Of a DNA stretch of 64,000 nt, positions 57,151 to 64,000 are shown in pieces. The stretch is from Eutreptiella sp. 'Long Island Sound 2002' (Eukaryota; Protista; Euglenida). A model generated the notes under the pieces. That model was not told the origin of the DNA and made no database searches. It saw nothing but the letters and a program-made list of their open reading frames with translations. A program made the position numbers and the translations under genes. The stretch covers positions 200,012,001 to 200,076,000 of the forward strand of contig OZ038378.1 in the NCBI GenBank assembly GCA_964036045.1. The letters are read 5' to 3'. The stretch's first letter is position 1. Each line of letters starts with the position of its first letter.

Positions 57151-57327
57151 TGTCTTGGCTTCTGGTAGGATGTGTTATGTGGGCAAATGGACTGTTTGTC
57201 TCAGGGGGCTACCATCTTTAGGGCGTTGTTTGGCGGGAATGTGTTATTTATGGGTGGTGTTGTTTGGAGTCAGTGGAGTCAATGGGTAAAAGCAAGCAAA
57301 GGGTTCACCGTTGCCGTCTTGTTGCAG

Positions 57328-57485
57328 GTGGAATCCACGACACGCGATGTGCTCTCGTATTGGGACCCTGAAGGTGAGAAGCAGTTTGCGGAGATGAAGC
57401 TCAAGCCGACGGATCTGCAGATGTGCCTCGTTGGCATCGTCCGGGACAAGGCCTACGCAAAGGACATGAATTTCTGTCTCGATAC
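57328..57485 (+). CDS. Unknown host gene, exon B
   Basis: Acceptor TTGTTGCAG|, phase 0, encoding VESTTRDVLSYWDPEG...MNFCLDT. Donor AC|GTATGG, phase 2. Confidence 0.7.
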
Positions 57486-57699
57486 GTATGGGCCCTCTTT
57501 CTGAGGGACTACCCCACCACCTGTGCTGCGGAAGTAGTCGCACAAAACTGGCACAACCACTCGCTCTGCGGTCTCAAGATCACTCTGTCGGTGTTGAAGA
57601 TCGCAAGGCAGGAGCCAAGTGCTTGGCGCCACACCGGACCATTTTTGCAGCTGCATTTAAGCCGCTCGGCATTCCGGTCCTGTCCATATTTGGGTTGTC

Positions 57700-58220
57700 T
57701 CGTGCCTCATGGCGTAGCACGCAGCACATTTGGACCCATTTTGGCCTCAGCTGTATCAACTTCTGAGCCCGGGTTTGCCACCCGCTCGGCCATATCATGG
57801 ATGGATTTAGAAGACGAAATATGGTTCATTGACACAAGCAAAGCAAGCCGATTCGATAGAGTGGCATCCGTATGACAACCTACAGGGGGTTTTTCATGGC
57901 TGTTGTGCCAAGCAATAGCCATCGTCCAAGCTTTTCAGGATGATTGTCCCCGTTTTAGCGGCTGCTGTAGATACTCACTATAGAGATTGCCGTTCATGTA
58001 GTGCACACACATGTAGGTTATTGGTATCATGGACTCTGTTTTGACCATAGTTTGAAGCTCTGCCCATACCTTGCTGCTTTTCCAAATCCTTTTCCGGCCA
58101 CCCCCTTCTTTCCGTACAGATTTATCAGAATGATCTTCTGCTCTACCTGCAACATTGCAAATATAACGAAGGAGGCAATGGATGCACATAGTATCACAAA
58201 GAAACATCCTGCCACCAAGA
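57700..58220 (-). pseudogene. Possible decayed APE-endonuclease fragment
   Basis: Minus-strand KIILINLY... and AWHNSH...T...SNRLALLVS. Confidence 0.2.
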
Positions 58221-59689
58221 CTAGATTGTTTGGACTTCATACCAACCTCCTTGCTGTAGGATAGTGCTTGAGTTTGCATACCTTTCCAGTCCATGTGTCT
58301 CCCAACAAACATAGCCCATGCCCCATCGACACTGTTCTTTTATATCTTCCGACAAGTGCGCATTGTGTGTGTGCTCTGCATAAGCAGCCCCTGAACGTCC
58401 AGATTTGGGAGGAGCACTCGTAGAGGACTGTCGTTTTAACTGGATTGTAGTGCCCACCCTGGATGGTCTGTGAGGGCGTACGCACCCGTTATACAGGGAG
58501 ACAGGGGAGGGGCAAGGAGTAGGGCTCGTTCCTCCCGCCACCCCGCCGTACCCGGACAGGGAAGAGGACAGGGCACCCTGGCCTTAACCCAAACCTGGGC
58601 CTGTCGCTGACCCTTGTCCTGCTTCACGAATGCTCGGCGCACACTCGGTGGAGCTTCGGTCACAAGTTAAAACAAAAAGCACCTGTAGAGGACTAAGATT
58701 GCTAGAGTAGAGCAGGGCTAGAATTGTTGTGACAAAGTTATTCACAAAATGGCTGTTAGACGTGCTTGCTCGCTTGTTGTATGCTTGATTGCTCGGGGGT
58801 TAGGGGTGAAATAATATATTTCCACACCCCTCTCCCCTACTCATATCTAGCGAGGAACAACCCCAAGCAATGAATATGTCACACGTGAGATTTGCTTACA
58901 ACTCTGTCTGACAATCTCTACTCCACTCAAGGCATCTTTGGAATGTGTGTGCACTCTTCTCACAAGTAGCGTTCAAGCTGGGCAAGGGCACCTGGGCTGT
59001 GGGTGCCAATTTTGGAGGATTCCCCAGAATGTGCAATTAGATGGCCAAAGCAGCCATTTTGGCCCTGAAACGAGAAATGCTCAAAATGACCTACTCTTCT
59101 TCCTTCGACCACAGACTGGCCCAAAATGCGATTGAGCCACATCTTGGGCATTGTGGCTCAAAATGCAGATTCCCAGTCCCCTGCAACTCTCCACTTTTTG
59201 TGGTTTGGACTTTTCAAAATCTCTCCAACGGACGCCCACGTAGACGCATTAGTGTGCACTTGGTGCTGGCGAGCGCACACATGAAGCCAAATATGTCCGA
59301 GCCCAAGGTGTCCCAGCGTTGTATCAAACGTCCTGAAAAAGTGTTTTGTCCAAAGCTGTACCCACACCTCCTGGAATGCTGCAAACAGTGAACGGCCTGT
59401 TTGGGATGATCTGGCCCACTGACTCCCCAAAATGGAAGTGGGCCAGTCTAAGACCAGAAATGGCACAAAAAGTGTTTTGTCAACATGCCCACACAAGTGT
59501 TTTTCGCCTATTTTGAGTCAAGTCAGCCACATCTGAGCCTGCAAAGTCCTGGCAAGGTCCGAAGGAGGGCAAGGTGGGAAGAGAGGAAGGCTACAAGCGA
59601 GAAAGGCCACAGCTGGGAGCCACCCTCGTTGGGGAGAGGGGTGTAGATTAGAAGGGATTATGGCGACCCTCTCCCCACAAATCTGGTGC

Positions 59690-59730
59690 AAGCAGCAAGC
59701 AGCAAGCAACAAGCAACAAGCAACAAGCAG
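59690..59730. repeat. (GCAAGCA/GCAACAA)n heptamer repeat
   Basis: Directly visible in the sequence. Confidence 0.85.
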
Positions 59731-60913
59731 AAACACATACCCTAGCTGGTTTGCAAATAATGCCGTCCCACCCCTTGGGCCTCCACTTTTTCTTTCTTTT
59801 TTCGCTTTATTGCCATCTGACACAGATTTGGGAGGGCACGTAGGCGCTAGGGACCTCTGTCACTACCACTACCACCTCATACAGTGTTTTTTGTAAGGAT
59901 CAGCTGAGATTGTTGTGCGTGGAAATGCATGTCCGGTGCAATGTGAATTATGAGGGAGGTCAAGTGGTTTTCCAATTTATGCTCCTACCCGTACCCACAG
60001 ACTGGGCGCCTTACTGCAGCACGAAGAGTTCGTGTCCCACTTCACTGAGCTGCTTAAGAGTCTGTGCTTCACCATCCTGCACGAGATCAGGTGCGCCTTG
60101 AGTATGACGCTTTGCAACCGAGGGCACCTCCTTTGCATTGATTGGACCCCAAACAAATCAGGGATTGATATGCCTGGCCATCAGTAGCCGGAGGGGCTAG
60201 CCCTACCTCTGGTCTGTGGTACACTTCCCATCATTTGTGGTCAAGATCGCCCTTCGAACTTCATGGGAATGATTGCAGCGGGGCAGTGATGCTGCAATGG
60301 TGAGCAGTGGTGCTCATATTCCACTCTGGCCCACAAATTTGCGCCCCACCCACCCACCCACCCAACCAGCACAAATCCCGATGGGCACCAATGACATCCA
60401 TCAACAAAAGCACATCGATGACAAAGCACCAGCGGTGGATGTAATATGAACGTAATTATTTTGGTGGGTGTGGGTGTGGGGTCCGGGGCTCTTGAGGGCT
60501 GTGATGACCAATCAGGAATTACGAAATCCCACACAATTCCTCAAACGAGGGCAGTCTGAGGACTGGTGATGGCTCATAAAATGGGCCGCGAGCAGCTCTG
60601 AGGGAAATTTCTTGAAACACCTTTAGTGAAGGGGGATTTGAGGGTGACATCAGCCCGTCTGCGTGCAGCAATTCTCTGCGAGGTGGACTTGCCGAAGGCA
60701 ATAGAACTTTCTTGCGCTTTCCAGAAAAGTTGCCTTCCCTTTTTACGGCCTCCCAAAGAAACTTGGCATCATACGGTGCCCACTTGTGCCCAGCTGCTCT
60801 TGGATCCAGCCCCTGCCTTCTTGTCCCCCAGCCTAATGTTTGCCATTGGCATGTTTCCAATCTGGCCTTTGGGCCCTGGGTGTCAGCGCACCTCTGATAA
60901 TGGTACCAGCCAT

Positions 60914-61052
60914 AATTCTATTGCCGCCGGCAGTGCACCTCGAAGAGAGGTTGACAGTCAGCCAATCAGTCAGTTAGACAGGCCAGCAGTCAGTCAGAGA
61001 GAAACACACACTGTGGGTTTTTTGTCAGTGGCAGACACAGGTCCAAGCAGTG
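60914..61052 (-). repeat. Inverted copy of the 16740-16876 dispersed repeat
   Basis: Reverse-complement match with few mismatches. Confidence 0.9.
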
Positions 61053-62797
61053 TGCTCGTGTGCCCCCAGCAGGTGGGCCTACTTGGGGCTGTGTGCGAGC
61101 ATGTGTGTCTCAGTCCTTTGCCGGGGCAGCGGGTTTGTGTCAGGAACTCCGGACTCAATAGAGTCCGACATGATACACGCCTTGTGGTAGGCACAATATA
61201 TATTTGTGGGGGGGTGGGGGGACATAGCCCCTACATACCCATGATACATACTTCAAAGTAATCCGCGCATCATTGGGATCATATTAAGCGGTCCATGCTG
61301 GGGCATCAGGGATGCCCCCTCCAAACCCCTTGGGGCCCGGTGTTGGGTCGGCCGAATTTCGTAACTCGTGATTCATCATTGGTGGAGGAGGGGGAGGGGG
61401 CTTATGTGGAGGAACCAGCCCCCCCTCTTTAGGTCACCCCTGCAAAGCACTGGAGGCCGTTTGCACAGCACGGCCTTCGTGGCAACCCCCCGGGGCTGGG
61501 TGTGGTGTTCGGGCAACGCAATGGCAATGGCACGTCACACGCCCCTGTTTCAGCCTCCAACATTCGATCTTCGTCATGTGCAGACGCGCACATTCGCGGC
61601 TCTTCTTCTCAGCTGCAGTCGTTGAAATGTGGTGGGCGTTGATGTGTTGAGGGCCTTGGCTCCCGAAAATTTTGCTTGGGGTTGGGGGTTGCGGGGCTTG
61701 GAGCCCCTTTTCCAACCCCCCCCCCCCCCTGGAGGGGGCTCCAAGGGTGGGCTCTCGTTTTTCCATATTCATGCATATTCATGCATATTTCAAATCATTG
61801 GTTTCTCATATCACATTGCAAAACTGCCCCCATCAGGGGGCTTGCACGACCCTCCCCCCGCACGCAAACCTGGTCGCCCTCCCCCGCGCCCCTCACGCGT
61901 CCGGTATGCGTGGCCCTCTACCCCTGCCGCAACCCTCCTACAGGCATCCTGGCACGCGGTAGCACGGCACGGTCTGGACCCAAAGGGGAAGGGCTGGTGA
62001 AAATTTTTCTTGGGAGCGGGGCGGGGCCCTTGGAGCCCCCGCAAATTTGCGGGGGTCGCGGAAAGCGGATCCAAGGGCCACACACTTATTTCCTCAATAC
62101 AAGTGCCTGAAATCTTGCCTGCAACGATTTCAAAGTGCTGCGGTCTGTTCTCCTCCTGTGTGGCATATGGGCACTAGCATTGTGACTGGGTGTGCAGAAG
62201 TCTGGGGGTATGCGGCAATTAACTAATGGCTCCAACAATTGGCAAGGGGGGGTTCTCTAGAAAGGGGGCTTTCGTGACAGGCCAGTCCCAAGAGGTGGGT
62301 CTAAAAACTCTAATGATGACTCATCACCTGCGCTGCAACGCGGACCGGAAGATGATTTTTTTCCAAAACAATGCCCCCATGATACATCCCTCAAAATGAT
62401 CAGGACATCGCGGGGGATCTTTTGAGCCGTTTGTGTTGTGTACCTCAGGACCCCCCTCCCCTCCCCCGTCGGCCTGATGGAAGTCCCCGTCACGTAAGCT
62501 CTGAAGGGAAGGGGAGGGGGGGGTCTGGAAAAGGGGCTCCAACGCCCCCCCCCCCGCGCAAACCTTTCTTCTTCCACCGCAGTCCTCAGGCCTGTGCTTG
62601 AGAGTTGAGGGCGATTGCAAACGCACACACTGCGGCGGGTGGAAGAGCCGTTGTGGCGTGCGGTCCGGCGGTGACCACACGGTCCGAGGGCAGGGGGTGG
62701 CGGACGGGGTCGGTTGCGGTGGAACCGACGGTCCGTTCGATGGGGCGGGGGCGGTGGGCCGGCCTGCACCCCCCAAACGTGTGCGGTGTCTCTGAAG

Positions 62798-62898
62798 GGA
62801 GTCCATGGAGGCCATGCAGAAGACGTATCACACGCAGTGCCACGCCGTGGAGATGGCCATGGACACGTACAAGCATATGCACATCGTGGCTGAGCCTG
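62798..62898 (+). CDS. Unknown host gene, exon C
   Basis: Acceptor TCTCTGAAG|, phase 2, continuing exon B in frame (T|ESMEAMQKTYHTQCHAVEMAMDTYKHMHIVAEP). Donor G|GTATGA. Confidence 0.65.
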
Positions 62899-63218
62899 GT
62901 ATGATCACCCACGGCTTTGTGACGGACATCCGCGCATGGACGTGCTGTTGGGGTTTGCTGAAACCGACCTCTGGCGACTGACCGCCTCCACATGCAAATG
63001 CTGACTGCACCTTTGGCCGCTGATTGGAATTTGCTGGTGAAGAAACCAAACACAGTTTGGGGGGTGTACAGGTTCCTCACACCCGGGAGCTTTGGCGATC
63101 CCATTCCGAAGTGACACAGAAGAAAAATGAGGTCAGTTCCCTGGGAGGGCTAAATCCAGGCGTCACCACTCCCCCCACCCCAACACACACACCACCCCAT
63201 TACGTCCCACCCCATAAT

Positions 63219-64000
<782 letters not shown>

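Overview
Repeat-rich eukaryotic genomic DNA: GT-AG introns, CCCTAA telomere-type repeats, microsatellites and many G/C homopolymers. Its style resembles euglenid-type protist DNA, but that is an unverified inference. All protein family calls come from motifs read by eye, not from database searches. Main contents: (1) At 1-8949, a tightly packed, intronless, co-oriented block ending in a hAT-type DDE transposase. Upstream cargo comprises an OTU-like protease fused to a TET/JBP/AlkB-like 2OG-Fe(II) dioxygenase, a USP-like deubiquitinase and two unknown ORFs. A candidate right TIR ends at 8949. (2) Non-autonomous elements with a matching CACGGGGGG(G)CG TIR, two of them with exact 8-bp TSDs (24292-25212, 35133-35495). 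(3) A multi-exon PCIF1/CAPAM-like N6-adenine methyltransferase gene (about 25.5-36.0 kb) whose introns are full of repeats. (4) An intronless ADP-ribosyltransferase-ankyrin gene (39437-42151). (5) A Penelope-like retroelement with an N-terminal GIY-YIG domain, whose RT core carries a 485-bp internal inversion. (6) A 5'-truncated LINE with a C-terminal RNase H. (7) Three in-frame exons of an unknown host gene (54.6-62.9 kb). (8) A Cys-rich secreted-protein pseudogene, tRNA-derived sequences, satellites and decayed retroelement fragments.
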